Shown: positions 19,438-29,572 of the stretch, in pieces | Layout: every line of letters begins with the position of its first letter | How positions within the stretch are numbered: the stretch's first letter is position 1 | Virus record (IMG/VR): IMGVR_UViG_3300025154_000134 | Coordinates: 1-52,782 of that record | DNA from: a virus | Lineage: Duplodnaviria; Caudoviricetes | DNA length: 52,782 nucleotides | Strand: one strand, 5' to 3' | The notes under the pieces: model-generated | Database searches by the model: none | The model's input: only the letters and a program-made list of their open reading frames with translations | Told to the model about the DNA's origin: nothing | Position numbers and translations under genes: made by a program

Positions 19438-19707
19438 ATGACAGAGAACCGAGAATCGAGACGCGTCGCTTACTTTGATGTATCCTATGAAATGCTGGCA
19501 ATAGTACTAAACCTGCCAGAAGGCACCAAAATTGAGCGCGTGCTAACGCCCGACGATGGCTCATACTGGAAACGTGCGATGTTTCGGGTTGTAGCAAGCC
19601 ATCCTGATCTGCCGGAAGTTTACGAGGGAGAACAATTGCCCCGTGCAAAACCATCCCGTGTCAGAAACGCCGACGGAACCGTAACTTTTGGTGACTGGGG
19701 GCTGTAA
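19438..19707 (+). CDS. Hypothetical protein
   Basis: AAGGAG RBS. Confidence 0.6.
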   Translation: MTENRESRRVAYFDVSYEMLAIVLNLPEGTKIERVLTPDDGSYWKRAMFRVVASHPDLPEVYEGEQLPRAKPSRVRNADGTVTFGDWGL

Positions 19708-20348
19708 TGTGGGTCTGTCTGCGCTGTCGTAAGACGTTGATCATTAAGGGCGCGCCCCACCACTACGCCCCCGGCGAATGGGTCAAGGTGGGTCGCCACA
19801 TCGCGCGGGAATGGCTTGCGGGCGGCGAAGCGTATGACTTCGCGGGGGACGGCTCCGGCGCGGTCGCTGACAAAACAACCGGCATCGTATTACTGAGTGC
19901 ACCGCCCGATGGGTGGATGGATCGCTGCCGGTCTGCGCTTAGCATCGAGGTTGCGTCTATAGACGCCCCGTGTGTGCCATTTGCTGAAACGCTACTGTAT
20001 ACGCCCGGTTTCGACCTACGTCTTGATCTGGTATTAATCGGGTTGGGCCTGTTGAAGCGGTGGCAGGTCGCCGTGCCGTTATGGGATTATACAACTCTTG
20101 CGGCTCACGTGGGCAGCGAAGACGAACGCGCCCGTACGAAGGCGATCATTCGAGACCTTCGCGTGCCGCTGCGTGACACACGGTTGGTATTCTTGCGGCG
20201 CTGCGCCCAAACTCGTGAATTGGTTGAATGTTGGAATGAAGAGACCGCCGATAGCACCGAGCCGCGCCTTGCCTTCCTGCGGGCCATGTATCGGATCAAG
20301 CCGGTAGTGTGCGACCTTCCGGCGAGTTGGACAGGGAACGTGAGATGA
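19707..20348 (+). CDS. Hypothetical protein, degenerate glycosyltransferase-like
   Basis: C-terminus (W..E...LAFLRAMY) parallels the next two GT genes; no DxD motif. Confidence 0.55.
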   Translation: MWVCLRCRKTLIIKGAPHHYAPGEWVKVGRHIAREWLAGGEAYDFAGDGSGAVADKTTGIVLLSAPPDGWMDRCRSALSIEVASIDAPCVPFAETLLYTPGFDLRLDLVLIGLGLLKRWQVAVPLWDYTTLAAHVGSEDERARTKAIIRDLRVPLRDTRLVFLRRCAQTRELVECWNEETADSTEPRLAFLRAMYRIKPVVCDLPASWTGNVR

Positions 20349-21016
20349 CATGGGATAGAGCCTTAACGCACACGTGGGCGGTATCAGATGGCCTGATATT
20401 CGCCGATACGCTGAATTACCGTGAAACGCGCGGAGCGGTGATCGTAGCGTATGGGGAACGGGCCAAAGCGGCGGCGGGGGTCTGTATGGACGCGCTCAAA
20501 GTAGTGTGTCCTGATCTCCCAGTGACGGTCTACTGTACGCCTGCGGGTGATCTGAGTGACGAACAGGAGTCACGCCGGGCCAAAGCAACTATGTTACGCT
20601 GGTCGCCCTACCGGCAGACGGCCTACCTGGATGCTGACACAGTGCCCGTCTCGGACATTAGCGCGGGGTTCGCCATGTTGGACGACGGCGCTGATTTGGT
20701 GATCACACCCAGTGACAACCAGGGCGATACGTGGTTGTGGCATGTGGGCGAAGATGAACGCGCGGAAACACGGGCGGCGCTTGGCTTTCAGGCATTGCAG
20801 TTACAGGCGGGCGTGCTGTTTGTGAAGAGGAACCGGCGCACGCGCCTGCTGTGGGCAGCGTGGGAACAGGAATGGAACGAGCACCAGGGGCAGGATCAGG
20901 CGGCACTCCTGCGGGCGTTGTATCAGTGTCCGGTGAAGGTGTGGCTGTTGGGCAAACCGTGGAATGGCGGGGCCGTCATTGGGCACCGCTGGGGAGCGAT
21001 ACGTCGTGCGAATTAA
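20345..21016 (+). CDS. GT-A fold glycosyltransferase (GT8-like)
   Basis: YLDADT (DxD), LQAGVLF, DQAALLRAL. Confidence 0.8.
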   Translation: MTWDRALTHTWAVSDGLIFADTLNYRETRGAVIVAYGERAKAAAGVCMDALKVVCPDLPVTVYCTPAGDLSDEQESRRAKATMLRWSPYRQTAYLDADTVPVSDISAGFAMLDDGADLVITPSDNQGDTWLWHVGEDERAETRAALGFQALQLQAGVLFVKRNRRTRLLWAAWEQEWNEHQGQDQAALLRALYQCPVKVWLLGKPWNGGAVIGHRWGAIRRAN

Positions 21017-22649
21017 CATCGTCGCGCGTGAAGGCGCGCAGCAGGATGGGACCATTTTACAGCGACTCGTGTATGAGTTGGCTCAGGACCCCGCGTTTTC
21101 GGTGGCCGATTCCCCCGATCCGCGCGCTGACTGTAACCTGTTCTTCCCATACCTCGATTACGCGCGTTTTCCCGACTTCCACGCTACGCCCACGGCGGCC
21201 TGGTTTTCTCATCTCGACAATGGACGCGAAGACAAAGAGCAAACCTGGGAGCAAGCAGCGCAGGCGGTCGATTTACGGTTGACCAGCGCGCGACTGTATC
21301 AGGCGCAGTTGGAGCCGTTTGGCCTCACGCATCTGCTCACACCGCCATTGGACCGTGAGCACTTCGCTCCCCCGCCGACGGGCGCGCAGAAGGACGACCA
21401 CGCACGGCGGATTGTAGGGACATCGGGGTATGTCTATCCGGGCGGGCGCAAAGGCGAAGACCTCATCAGACGGTTGGCACACGATATGCCGCAGGTCTCG
21501 GTGATTGCCAGCGGTCGCGGGTGGCCGGTGGAGTCACAACATCATCACTGGTCAGCGATGCCAGCTTTTTATCGTGGATTAGATATCTATGTGTGCACCA
21601 GCGTGATTGAGGGGATCGGCTATGGGCCGCTTGAGGCGATGGCGTGCGGGGTTCCGGTGGTTATTCCGCGTGGCGTGGGCATCTTCGATGAACTGCCCGA
21701 TCTCGAAAACGTGCACCGGTATGAGGCGGGGAATTACGAGGGGCTGCTCGCGGCGGTTCAGGTGGCCGTGTCCCGGTTGGATGAAGGGGGTTACAACCCT
21801 GACAGTCTACGGTCAGCGACCGCGCGGTATACTCATGACGCCTGGGTAACTAGCACCGTTCAGGCATTTGAGTCACTGTTGTACGACAAACCGCTGCTTG
21901 CCCCACGATCCCCGTGGGCCGATCACGCAGGGGTGTTTTACGTGGCCTACGGTGATCCGGCGCGTGAGTGCGCTGCGCGGGCGATCACCAGCTTTAAGCA
22001 GTTTATGCCCGGCGTGCCCGTGGCGCTGGTCAGTGACCGCCCGCTCAACGCAGGGGAAGATGTGTTTGTCCAGAACAAAGATGAGGATGTTGGGGCACGC
22101 AGCGTCAAAACCCAAATCTATGACCTCGCTCCGGCGGAATGGGAATATGTACTTTGTCTTGATGCAGATACAGAAGTCGTGTCCGACATTTCGTTTCTAT
22201 TCCAGGTTCTAGAGGACGGTTATTCGGCAGTCTTCTGCACCAACCCAGCGCAGTACGTATTGGGGCGTGAAATGACCCGGCCTGATAATGCCGATGAATG
22301 CGCCGAGACGTTTAAGATCGTGGGCACCGATGAATTCCTGCAACTGAACGGTGGCGTGTTCGCCTTTCGACGCTCTGAGCGAACGGCGGAATTCTTTCGA
22401 GCGTGGCACCGCGAATGGAATCGTTACGGCAAACGAGACCAGGCAGCGCTGGATAGAGTGTTGTATACCAATCCGATCCGCATTTTGGTGCTGGAAAAAA
22501 CGTTCAACTGCATTACGCGCTATGACCAACCTGACGGGGCAGCGATTTTGCACTATCCGCTGACGGCACGACGGTGGCGGGGGATGTTACCAGGGCGGCT
22601 GGACAGCGACGAAAGTTGGGCGGTGTTACATCCGGGGGGCGCGGTATGA
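21006..22649 (+). CDS. Bifunctional glycosyltransferase (GT4-like GT-B plus GT8-like GT-A)
   Basis: EGIGYGPLEAMACGVPV; LDADTE, LNGGVFAF, DQAAL. Confidence 0.88.
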   Translation: MRINIVAREGAQQDGTILQRLVYELAQDPAFSVADSPDPRADCNLFFPYLDYARFPDFHATPTAAWFSHLDNGREDKEQTWEQAAQAVDLRLTSARLYQAQLEPFGLTHLLTPPLDREHFAPPPTGAQKDDHARRIVGTSGYVYPGGRKGEDLIRRLAHDMPQVSVIASGRGWPVESQHHHWSAMPAFYRGLDIYVCTSVIEGIGYGPLEAMACGVPVVIPRGVGIFDELPDLENVHRYEAGNYEGLLAAVQVAVSRLDEGGYNPDSLRSATARYTHDAWVTSTVQAFESLLYDKPLLAPRSPWADHAGVFYVAYGDPARECAARAITSFKQFMPGVPVALVSDRPLNAGEDVFVQNKDEDVGARSVKTQIYDLAPAEWEYVLCLDADTEVVSDISFLFQVLEDGYSAVFCTNPAQYVLGREMTRPDNADECAETFKIVGTDEFLQLNGGVFAFRRSERTAEFFRAWHREWNRYGKRDQAALDRVLYTNPIRILVLEKTFNCITRYDQPDGAAILHYPLTARRWRGMLPGRLDSDESWAVLHPGGAV

Positions 22650-23515
22650 TCAGTGTTGCCGTTGTGTGTCGTGCCAAGGGATTTGATGAAACACGGCTAA
22701 AGCTGGGATGGTGGTCTCACGGCGTTCCCGATCTAGATTGGGCCTTTTATCCTGCCATAGACGGGCAAGTGATCAATAAAGACCGATTGGCAGCGCAGGG
22801 CCACGACCTGATCGTATGGGAAGATTGGGTCTGGAATACGTGGGAAGGCACGTCGTCTATCCCGATTTACGCGGTCATGGTAGACAGCAACACCAGCCCG
22901 CGCCGCCGTCGCAATTATATAGCACGCGCTAAACAAGCTGATGTAATCCTGGTCGATCAGGACCATTTAAAAACATTTCGCGGTATGGGGAAGCCTGTTT
23001 ACCGTTGGTCGTATGGCGTTAATCCAGCAGTGTTTCGTGCGCAAGACAAGACAGTTGATGTGGCCTATCACGTGCAACACACAGACGACCGTAGTAAATT
23101 GCACGACTATTTGCGGGGATGGACACAGAATAACTCGCAGTGGCGCGTCACGATGGGCGGCAATATGACCATCGCACAATATGCGGTGCGAATTGGGCAG
23201 GCGCGGATCGTCGTACACAAACGGACACATGAACAGTGTCGCTCGCACCGTTTTTTTGACGCGCTGGCAGCGGGGTGCTGTCTACTTACCGACCGGGGAT
23301 GGTCGGTTAATGAAGATGGGTTCAGGCCGGGACATCACTTTCTGGAATGGAATGACTATCGGGATTTGACGGAGATGATTGAACGCCTGTTAGAAACAAA
23401 CGAATGGACCAAATACGCCAACGTGGGCCAGGCTTTTGTACTGTCGCGCCACACGTGGGCACACCGGGCAGCAGAGTTCATCCGCATTGTGGAGGATACA
23501 CGTGCTTCTATTTAA
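22646..23515 (+). CDS. Glycosyltransferase (YkvP/CgeB-like)
   Basis: RFFDALAAGCCLLTD and VLSRHTWAHRA. Confidence 0.8.
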   Translation: MISVAVVCRAKGFDETRLKLGWWSHGVPDLDWAFYPAIDGQVINKDRLAAQGHDLIVWEDWVWNTWEGTSSIPIYAVMVDSNTSPRRRRNYIARAKQADVILVDQDHLKTFRGMGKPVYRWSYGVNPAVFRAQDKTVDVAYHVQHTDDRSKLHDYLRGWTQNNSQWRVTMGGNMTIAQYAVRIGQARIVVHKRTHEQCRSHRFFDALAAGCCLLTDRGWSVNEDGFRPGHHFLEWNDYRDLTEMIERLLETNEWTKYANVGQAFVLSRHTWAHRAAEFIRIVEDTRASI

Positions 23516-24164
23516 CGAAACGGGCATTCATGACGACTTGTGGGCGGCGCTCGAAGAACACGAACCGTTTATTCGCACGATCATAGCCGACGTGTATACG
23601 CGCCTGGATGAACACTACCCGAAACGTGAGACCCGCGATTATGAGGCGGCGCTGTTGTACATCATGGCCCGCCAGTACAATGCTCCCGGCGCGCGGATCG
23701 TGGAGATTGGCACGTGCTGGGGCTGGACGGCAGCGGTTATGCAGACCGCCGCACCGTTGGCCCATATCATCACCTGCACGCCTAGCCCGAACCACATCGT
23801 CATCGCGCGGCGCAACCTGGAGCCGAACTTCCCGCGCGTGGAAGTCTTTGGCGGGCGCTCGGTGGACCTGCTGCCGCAGCTCGCGCCAGACAGTGTTGAC
23901 ATGGTATTCGTGGACGGTGATCACCAGCACGTGGCCGATGACCTGCCGTTTTACAATGTGCTCAAACCGGGAGGCTTGATGATCCACCATGACTACTGCC
24001 CTGATAAACCGTTGTGCACCGGGCCGCGCCCCTGCCGGTGGGTGTATGACACGGTGAATTCGTTTAGCGCACGGTTGGCCCATGAGCCTGACGTATTGAT
24101 GGTGGACCACAACAAAGAGGGCATAGCAGGGCACTACCGGCGTGAGGGGGAGGTGTGGCTATGA
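23502..24164 (+). CDS. Class I SAM-dependent methyltransferase (Methyltransf_24-like)
   Basis: VEIGTCWG, DMVFVDGDH, LKPGGLMIHHDY. Confidence 0.85.
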   Translation: MLLFNETGIHDDLWAALEEHEPFIRTIIADVYTRLDEHYPKRETRDYEAALLYIMARQYNAPGARIVEIGTCWGWTAAVMQTAAPLAHIITCTPSPNHIVIARRNLEPNFPRVEVFGGRSVDLLPQLAPDSVDMVFVDGDHQHVADDLPFYNVLKPGGLMIHHDYCPDKPLCTGPRPCRWVYDTVNSFSARLAHEPDVLMVDHNKEGIAGHYRREGEVWL

Positions 24165-24799
24165 CCGACTACATTTCAGTCGCCGAAGTCAAGACGCGCC
24201 TGCAAAAAGGACCCGCGACGACGGACGACACTCTGCTAAAAGCATTAGTCACCGCTGCCAGTCGCGTCGTGGATCGGGTCTGTAATCAACCTGATAATTT
24301 TTTCGTGGCGCTGACGGAGGCCACGGCGCGCACGTTTGGCGCGCGTGGGCGTGCGTGGGTGACAATTGATGAGTGCACCAGCATCTCCGGGGTGGCGGTC
24401 AAAGACAGCGTGACCGACGACACGTATACCGCCTGGACCACCGATGATTATATCCCGTTCTCAGGCGACCCGGATAACCCAGACTTCAACTCGACGCCTT
24501 ATAACGGGTTGATATGCCATCCCAACGGGGATTACGCCGCGTTCCTGGATGGCAAACTCGGTGCGATCCGCGTGCCCACCGTCCAGGTAACAGCGACGTG
24601 GGGCTATGCTACGGCGGTTCCTGCGCAGATCAAAGAAGCGGCGGGGATTCTGGCGGGGCGCTGGTTCAAACGCGGCCAGTCGTCCTGGTCGGATACGTTA
24701 GCCAGTCCTGACATGGGCGGACTCATGTATACGATGGCAATGGACCCTGATTTCAGACTCATTCTTGAGCGTGGGCGGTTCATCCGCCAGTCATTTTAG
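24161..24799 (+). CDS. Head-tail adaptor protein
   Basis: YISVAEVK, AASRVVDRVC, TATWGY..VPAQIKEA. Confidence 0.8.
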   Translation: MTDYISVAEVKTRLQKGPATTDDTLLKALVTAASRVVDRVCNQPDNFFVALTEATARTFGARGRAWVTIDECTSISGVAVKDSVTDDTYTAWTTDDYIPFSGDPDNPDFNSTPYNGLICHPNGDYAAFLDGKLGAIRVPTVQVTATWGYATAVPAQIKEAAGILAGRWFKRGQSSWSDTLASPDMGGLMYTMAMDPDFRLILERGRFIRQSF

Positions 24800-24807
24800 G
24801 AGGCAGT

Positions 24808-25209
24808 ATGGGCAGCAACCGAGAAACCATCAATGAAGCGGGGTTTGGCCGCAGTGACGCCAAAACCGTTACCATCCCTACGGGGAACAACGGCGGCAAC
24901 CTGGGCGTATTGGACCTGGAACGTAATTACGTATACATCATCATCAAATGTGCTGACCTGGCGGGCATTCCAGCCAGCACCGCGCTGACCCTAACCGTGG
25001 CGTATGATCGGGATGACGCCCTTTGCACATTATACGAGCGGGATGACCCTGAAACCCAGTGGAGCAAAACGCTGCCCACGTCGGGAAGTATGGCGTTTGC
25101 GCTGGTTCATGCGTTGGCGGTACAGCGGCTCAAGATCGGGTTGTCGAAGGACACGACCGCGCCCGTGACCTTTACGGTCTACGGGGTGGCACAGAGTATC
25201 CAGGGGTAA
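24808..25209 (+). CDS. Hypothetical virion protein
   Basis: GGAGG RBS; lies in the head-tail module. Confidence 0.6.
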   Translation: MGSNRETINEAGFGRSDAKTVTIPTGNNGGNLGVLDLERNYVYIIIKCADLAGIPASTALTLTVAYDRDDALCTLYERDDPETQWSKTLPTSGSMAFALVHALAVQRLKIGLSKDTTAPVTFTVYGVAQSIQG

Positions 25210-25211
25210 GC

Positions 25212-25676
25212 ATGGCGGATGATGTGTCGGTTGACATTCAGGGCGTCCTGGAAACACAGGCCGAAATGGAGCGGATTATCCGCGATCTGCGCGGCGACCG
25301 CTTCCTGAACGCCCTGCGCGACTGCACGCTGTGGGTGCAGACGGACGCCAAGATCAACGCGCCGGTAGACAGCGGGCGGCTGCGCGCCAGTATCACGCCC
25401 GACGTGCGGACAGACGGCGATACGGTGATGGGTGTAGTAGGCAGTAACGTAACGTATGCGCCCTACGTTGAAACAGGGACACGTCCTCACTGGCCGCCGG
25501 TGGGGGCGCTCGAAACGTGGGCGCGACGGCACGGCACAACCGCCTTTGTCGTGGCGCGGGCGATTGCCCGTCGGGGCACTCGTGCCCACCGTTACATGCA
25601 GCGGGCCGCTGAGTCGAACACCGGGCGTATTCAGACCCACCTGGACAGTGCCGTCGGGGAGATTGTCGAACGATGA
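25212..25676 (+). CDS. HK97 gp10-like neck protein
   Basis: APVDSGRLRASI, YAPYVETGT. Confidence 0.85.
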   Translation: MADDVSVDIQGVLETQAEMERIIRDLRGDRFLNALRDCTLWVQTDAKINAPVDSGRLRASITPDVRTDGDTVMGVVGSNVTYAPYVETGTRPHWPPVGALETWARRHGTTAFVVARAIARRGTRAHRYMQRAAESNTGRIQTHLDSAVGEIVER

Positions 25677-26113
25677 CCGCTACTAACTCAGCATTGGTCA
25701 CAGCAGTCGCCGCTGAAATGGCGGAAATTACCAGCGCAACGGTGCAGTCTGGGGCCAGTCTGACCGAAGGCATCAACGACACGTTGACCATCCAGGTTTA
25801 CCCAGAAAGCGGCGAAAGTGCGCACAACAGCCGCACCGACCGGAACACGTTCGGCAAGGGGCTAGAGCTGCGCCGTCGTATCGTGCATATCGACGTGTAC
25901 GCGCGCGCGCGCGCACATATCGGCGAGGATATGGTCGCCGTCACCTCGGCGGCGGATGACGTCGAGGCCAAACTGAACGAACAACAAAGCAGCCCACCCT
26001 TCGGCGTGGCGGGTGTCAAAACATGGCATTACACCTGGCAGCGCGTGATCTTCAGTTACGGCGGGGTGGAATACGTTGGCATTCGGTTCGTACTAACATT
26101 CGTGAGTTCATAG
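25673..26113 (+). CDS. Tail terminator protein
   Basis: Size and position before the tail tube gene. Confidence 0.65.
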   Translation: MTATNSALVTAVAAEMAEITSATVQSGASLTEGINDTLTIQVYPESGESAHNSRTDRNTFGKGLELRRRIVHIDVYARARAHIGEDMVAVTSAADDVEAKLNEQQSSPPFGVAGVKTWHYTWQRVIFSYGGVEYVGIRFVLTFVSS

Positions 26114-26128
26114 GTCAGGAGCTATTCA

Positions 26129-26578
26129 ATGACTGTCACAACAACGGCAATTGTCGCAACAAATTGTGTGATCTTGCTGGATAACGCGGCCAACGTGCCG
26201 GTGGACATCAGCGGATCGACCAACAGCGCCACCATCGGCCTGGAGCACGGCGTGGCGGAATGGCGCACGTTTTCGACGCAGTGGAAAAGCCGCAAGGTAG
26301 TCGGCAAAGACGCACCGGTCAGCTTGCGGCTCGTATACAGCACCGCCGCCGCCGAAGGGGCCATGCTGCTCAAGAACTGGTTTACCGGTGGGGTAGATGC
26401 GGCGCGTTCGTTGTATATCGACATCCCCGACGACCAACCCGGCGCGTTCAGGATGTATGGTGAGTACGTGCTGGAAAACTTGAACATCAATCTTGACGCC
26501 GAAGCCGACGACGTGGTGCGTGTGGAAGCTGACCTCAAACCCACCGGCGAAGTTCAGTTCGCTACCGTGAGCACCTAA
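26129..26578 (+). CDS. Major tail tube protein
   Basis: 149 aa; DISG...; position before the chaperone and tape measure genes. Confidence 0.75.
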   Translation: MTVTTTAIVATNCVILLDNAANVPVDISGSTNSATIGLEHGVAEWRTFSTQWKSRKVVGKDAPVSLRLVYSTAAAEGAMLLKNWFTGGVDAARSLYIDIPDDQPGAFRMYGEYVLENLNINLDAEADDVVRVEADLKPTGEVQFATVST

Positions 26579-26589
26579 GCGGAGGACGT

Positions 26590-26916
26590 ATGGCAAAGCG
26601 ACTAAATGTCTATCGAGTGGACTCAAGCATCGTGCAGGGTGAGGGGTCGTTCGTGGAAATCCGCGCCCTCACACGCGACCAAGCGAAAGAGGATAGAAAA
26701 GAACTCGTCGCCGCGCGTGACTTGTCTGACGATCAACAGGAAGAGGCATCGGACGCGTGGATCGCCTCTATGGTTGCGGGATGGGATTGGGTGGATGACA
26801 ACGGACTTCCACTGCCGCTTCCCGGTACTGATGTGTCAGTGATCGGGAAGTTGTCCATTCAGGAACTAGGGTTCCTTGTCGAGACCATTGAGGGCCAGAT
26901 CACCCGAAAAAAATAA
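26590..26916 (+). CDS. Tail assembly chaperone (gpG-like)
   Basis: Position; ends in A AAA AAA TAA. Confidence 0.75.
   Translation: MAKRLNVYRVDSSIVQGEGSFVEIRALTRDQAKEDRKELVAARDLSDDQQEEASDAWIASMVAGWDWVDDNGLPLPLPGTDVSVIGKLSIQELGFLVETIEGQITRKK
26907..26913 (+). other. -1 programmed ribosomal frameshift slippery site
   Basis: A-AAA-AAA directly before the stop; the -1 frame is ORF 26916-27146. Confidence 0.7.
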
Positions 26917-27146
26917 TGAGCCAGTTCCGGGACTGGCAGTTTACCAAGGGCGCAGTTGACCCGCCAGAGGAATATGCCGAATATTTGCTCTGCAAAGCTG
27001 TGTACCACTGCACCCCTGACGAACTGTCCGAGCAGGATGAATGGACGACCAACCTTCATTTTGCGTTTTATGTCGAGGAACTGAAAGCGCAAGACAAGCA
27101 GCGCGGAACAACGAGGCGCATAGGCAGGACAAAACGTGAGCAGTAA
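26916..27146 (+). CDS. Tail assembly chaperone extension (gpT-like)
   Basis: -1 frame relative to gpG; YHCTPDEL motif. Confidence 0.7.
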   Translation: MSQFRDWQFTKGAVDPPEEYAEYLLCKAVYHCTPDELSEQDEWTTNLHFAFYVEELKAQDKQRGTTRRIGRTKREQ

Positions 27147-29571
27147 CACCATTGAAATCCTGATCAAAGCCACCGACAAGGCTACCGGTGTCATCGGTAA
27201 AGCCACCGGGGATTTGCGCAACCAGTTTGACAGCTTGGGCAAGGCCGCGCTCAAAGTAGGAGCAGGCGCAGCCCTGGGTGGTATTACGGCGCTTGGTGCG
27301 GGCCTGGGCCTGGCGCTCAGCGAAGCGATGGAAGCCGAAGTCAACATCGCCAAACTGGAAGCCGTGCTCAAGGCGACGGGCGGGGCGGCGGGGCTGACGA
27401 AGGATGAAGTATTGGGCATGGCCGACAGCCTGAGCACCGTCACGCGGTTCAGCGACGATGCGATCCTGGCCGGGCAAACCATGCTGCTCACGTTTACAAA
27501 TATCGGCGAGGATACCTTTCCGCGCGCGACGGAAACAATGCTCGACATGGCCGAGATGTTCGGCGGGGTAGACGCGGCCAGCGTCATGTTGGGCAAGGCG
27601 CTCAACGACCCGATTCAGGGCGTGACCGCACTCCGGCGCGTGGGCGTGCAGTTGACGGATGCCCAGGAAGACATGATCAAAGCGATGGTGGAGTCCGGTG
27701 ACGTGGCGGGCGCTCAGACCGTCATCCTGGACGAACTCAACCGCGAGTTTGGAGGCATCGCCAAAGCTGCCGGGCAGACGCTTAGCGGGAAATTAACCAT
27801 CCTCAAAAACAAGTTTCTGAACGTGGCGGAGGCGGCTGGAATGCGCCTGCTGCCGGTATTGTCCAGCCTGATTGACCGTTATCTCACGCCGTTGGTGCCC
27901 AAAATCGAACGAGTGGTCGCCGTCTTTGGCAACTTTATCGAAATGATGTCGATGGGATCGCGGTATTGGGCCGAGGCGGGTGAGGCACTTGGTTTTTTGA
28001 TGGGTAATACAGACGGCGCGAACAAAGTAGCGTTTAAGATGGTGCAAACATTCTGGGACGTGGTTGACGTGGTAAAGAACCTCGCAGGAACTATCGGGGG
28101 ATTTATCAGCGAACACAGCCAAGCCTTTATCGCCGCGCTCGCGGCCATTGGCGCGGTCATTGCGGGAGCCGCCATCGCCGCCGGGATAACCGCCATTGCC
28201 GCTGCCGTCATGGGTCTGCTGAGTCCGCTAACGCTGGTTATCGGGGCCATCGCCCTACTGGCGGCAGCGTGGGCGGAGGACTGGGGCGGCATTCGCACGT
28301 TCGTTACCGATAGCGTATGGCCGCTACTCAAGCCCATTTTTGAGGACCTCAAACTATGGCTGGAAGACACGATTCCGAAGGCCATTGACGCGCTAGAGAC
28401 TGCGTTTACTGACCTCAAAACCGCGTTTGATACCGGAGGTTTGGGGGCGGTGGGTGAGTTGATCCTTGAAAGCCTCGAAACTGGATTGGGGGAATTAAGT
28501 ACGTGGGCGTTAGACAACATTGTAACACCGATTGTGGCAACGCTGGTGCTTACCGATTGGGGTGAGGTCGGCAACACATTACAAACGTTGCTCGAAAAGT
28601 TTCTGGGTATCGCCGGATCGGGACTGACAGACCTGGGCACGTGGATACTAGACAAGATCGTCGCCCCGGTCGTCCTGGCGCTGGCGGCTGTGGATTGGTC
28701 TGCGGTCGGTAGCACACTATTGACGCTGCTCGAAAAGTTTTTGTCTTTTGCCGGTCGCGGGTTGGCTTCTATGGGCGAGTTCATCTACCAAAAAATCATC
28801 GCGCCCACGATTGAATACCTCGCCGGGGTCAATTGGTCCTCGGTCGGCAGTACGTTATTGACACTACTCGAAAAGTTCCTATCGTTTGCTGGACGGGGAT
28901 TAGCAAGTATAGGCGAATTCATCTACCAGAAGATTATCCAGCCCACGATTGAATATCTGGCAACAGTTGACTGGGGCAATGTGGGGAGCACGTTGCTCAT
29001 ACTGCTCGAAAAGTTATTGGGTGTCGTCGGATCGGGTATCGAAGATATTGGCGCGTGGGCGTATGAAACGGTTATCGCTCCAATTGTCGCCAAGCTCACG
29101 TCGGGGGATACCTATACAGCATTATGGGAGTCGGCAAAACAGGCGGGGTCGGCCATCTTCGATGCCATTATTGCCGCATTGGGTGATCTGCCGAACGAGT
29201 TGATCAAAATTATCAATGATGCGATTCCTAATCATGTTGACTTCGGGTCGATCCATGTCCCCGACTTAGGCCCATTGGGCGGCGGGTATGACGTGCCTCT
29301 TTATCTGGAAATTCCCGACAGCCCAATTCCTCATCTCGGCACGGGAGCTATTGTCACCAGTCCCACCCTGGCGCTGTTGGGCGAAATAGAACCAGAAGCA
29401 GTGATTCCGCTATCGCGCCTGAACGGTGGAGGGGCAAGTGGTGGCAGAACACTAACGATCAATACCGTGAATGTCTATGGCGTGCAAAACGCTACACAAC
29501 TGCTCGACCAGCTAGAGCAGGAAGCACGACGGCGCAATCGACGGCTCACCACTAGTATGGCGGGGGGATAA
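27136..29571 (+). CDS. Tape measure protein
   Basis: Ala/Gly-rich helical; LGKALNDPIQG; C-terminal PTLALLGE..PEAVIPL. Confidence 0.92.
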   Translation: MSSNTIEILIKATDKATGVIGKATGDLRNQFDSLGKAALKVGAGAALGGITALGAGLGLALSEAMEAEVNIAKLEAVLKATGGAAGLTKDEVLGMADSLSTVTRFSDDAILAGQTMLLTFTNIGEDTFPRATETMLDMAEMFGGVDAASVMLGKALNDPIQGVTALRRVGVQLTDAQEDMIKAMVESGDVAGAQTVILDELNREFGGIAKAAGQTLSGKLTILKNKFLNVAEAAGMRLLPVLSSLIDRYLTPLVPKIERVVAVFGNFIEMMSMGSRYWAEAGEALGFLMGNTDGANKVAFKMVQTFWDVVDVVKNLAGTIGGFISEHSQAFIAALAAIGAVIAGAAIAAGITAIAAAVMGLLSPLTLVIGAIALLAAAWAEDWGGIRTFVTDSVWPLLKPIFEDLKLWLEDTIPKAIDALETAFTDLKTAFDTGGLGAVGELILESLETGLGELSTWALDNIVTPIVATLVLTDWGEVGNTLQTLLEKFLGIAGSGLTDLGTWILDKIVAPVVLALAAVDWSAVGSTLLTLLEKFLSFAGRGLASMGEFIYQKIIAPTIEYLAGVNWSSVGSTLLTLLEKFLSFAGRGLASIGEFIYQKIIQPTIEYLATVDWGNVGSTLLILLEKLLGVVGSGIEDIGAWAYETVIAPIVAKLTSGDTYTALWESAKQAGSAIFDAIIAALGDLPNELIKIINDAIPNHVDFGSIHVPDLGPLGGGYDVPLYLEIPDSPIPHLGTGAIVTSPTLALLGEIEPEAVIPLSRLNGGGASGGRTLTINTVNVYGVQNATQLLDQLEQEARRRNRRLTTSMAGG
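28504..29095 (+). repeat. 138-bp (46-aa) tandem repeat, four copies plus a partial, inside the tape measure gene
   Basis: CTCGAAAAGT recurs at 28591, 28729, 28867 and 29005. Confidence 0.85.
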
Positions 29572-29572
29572 C

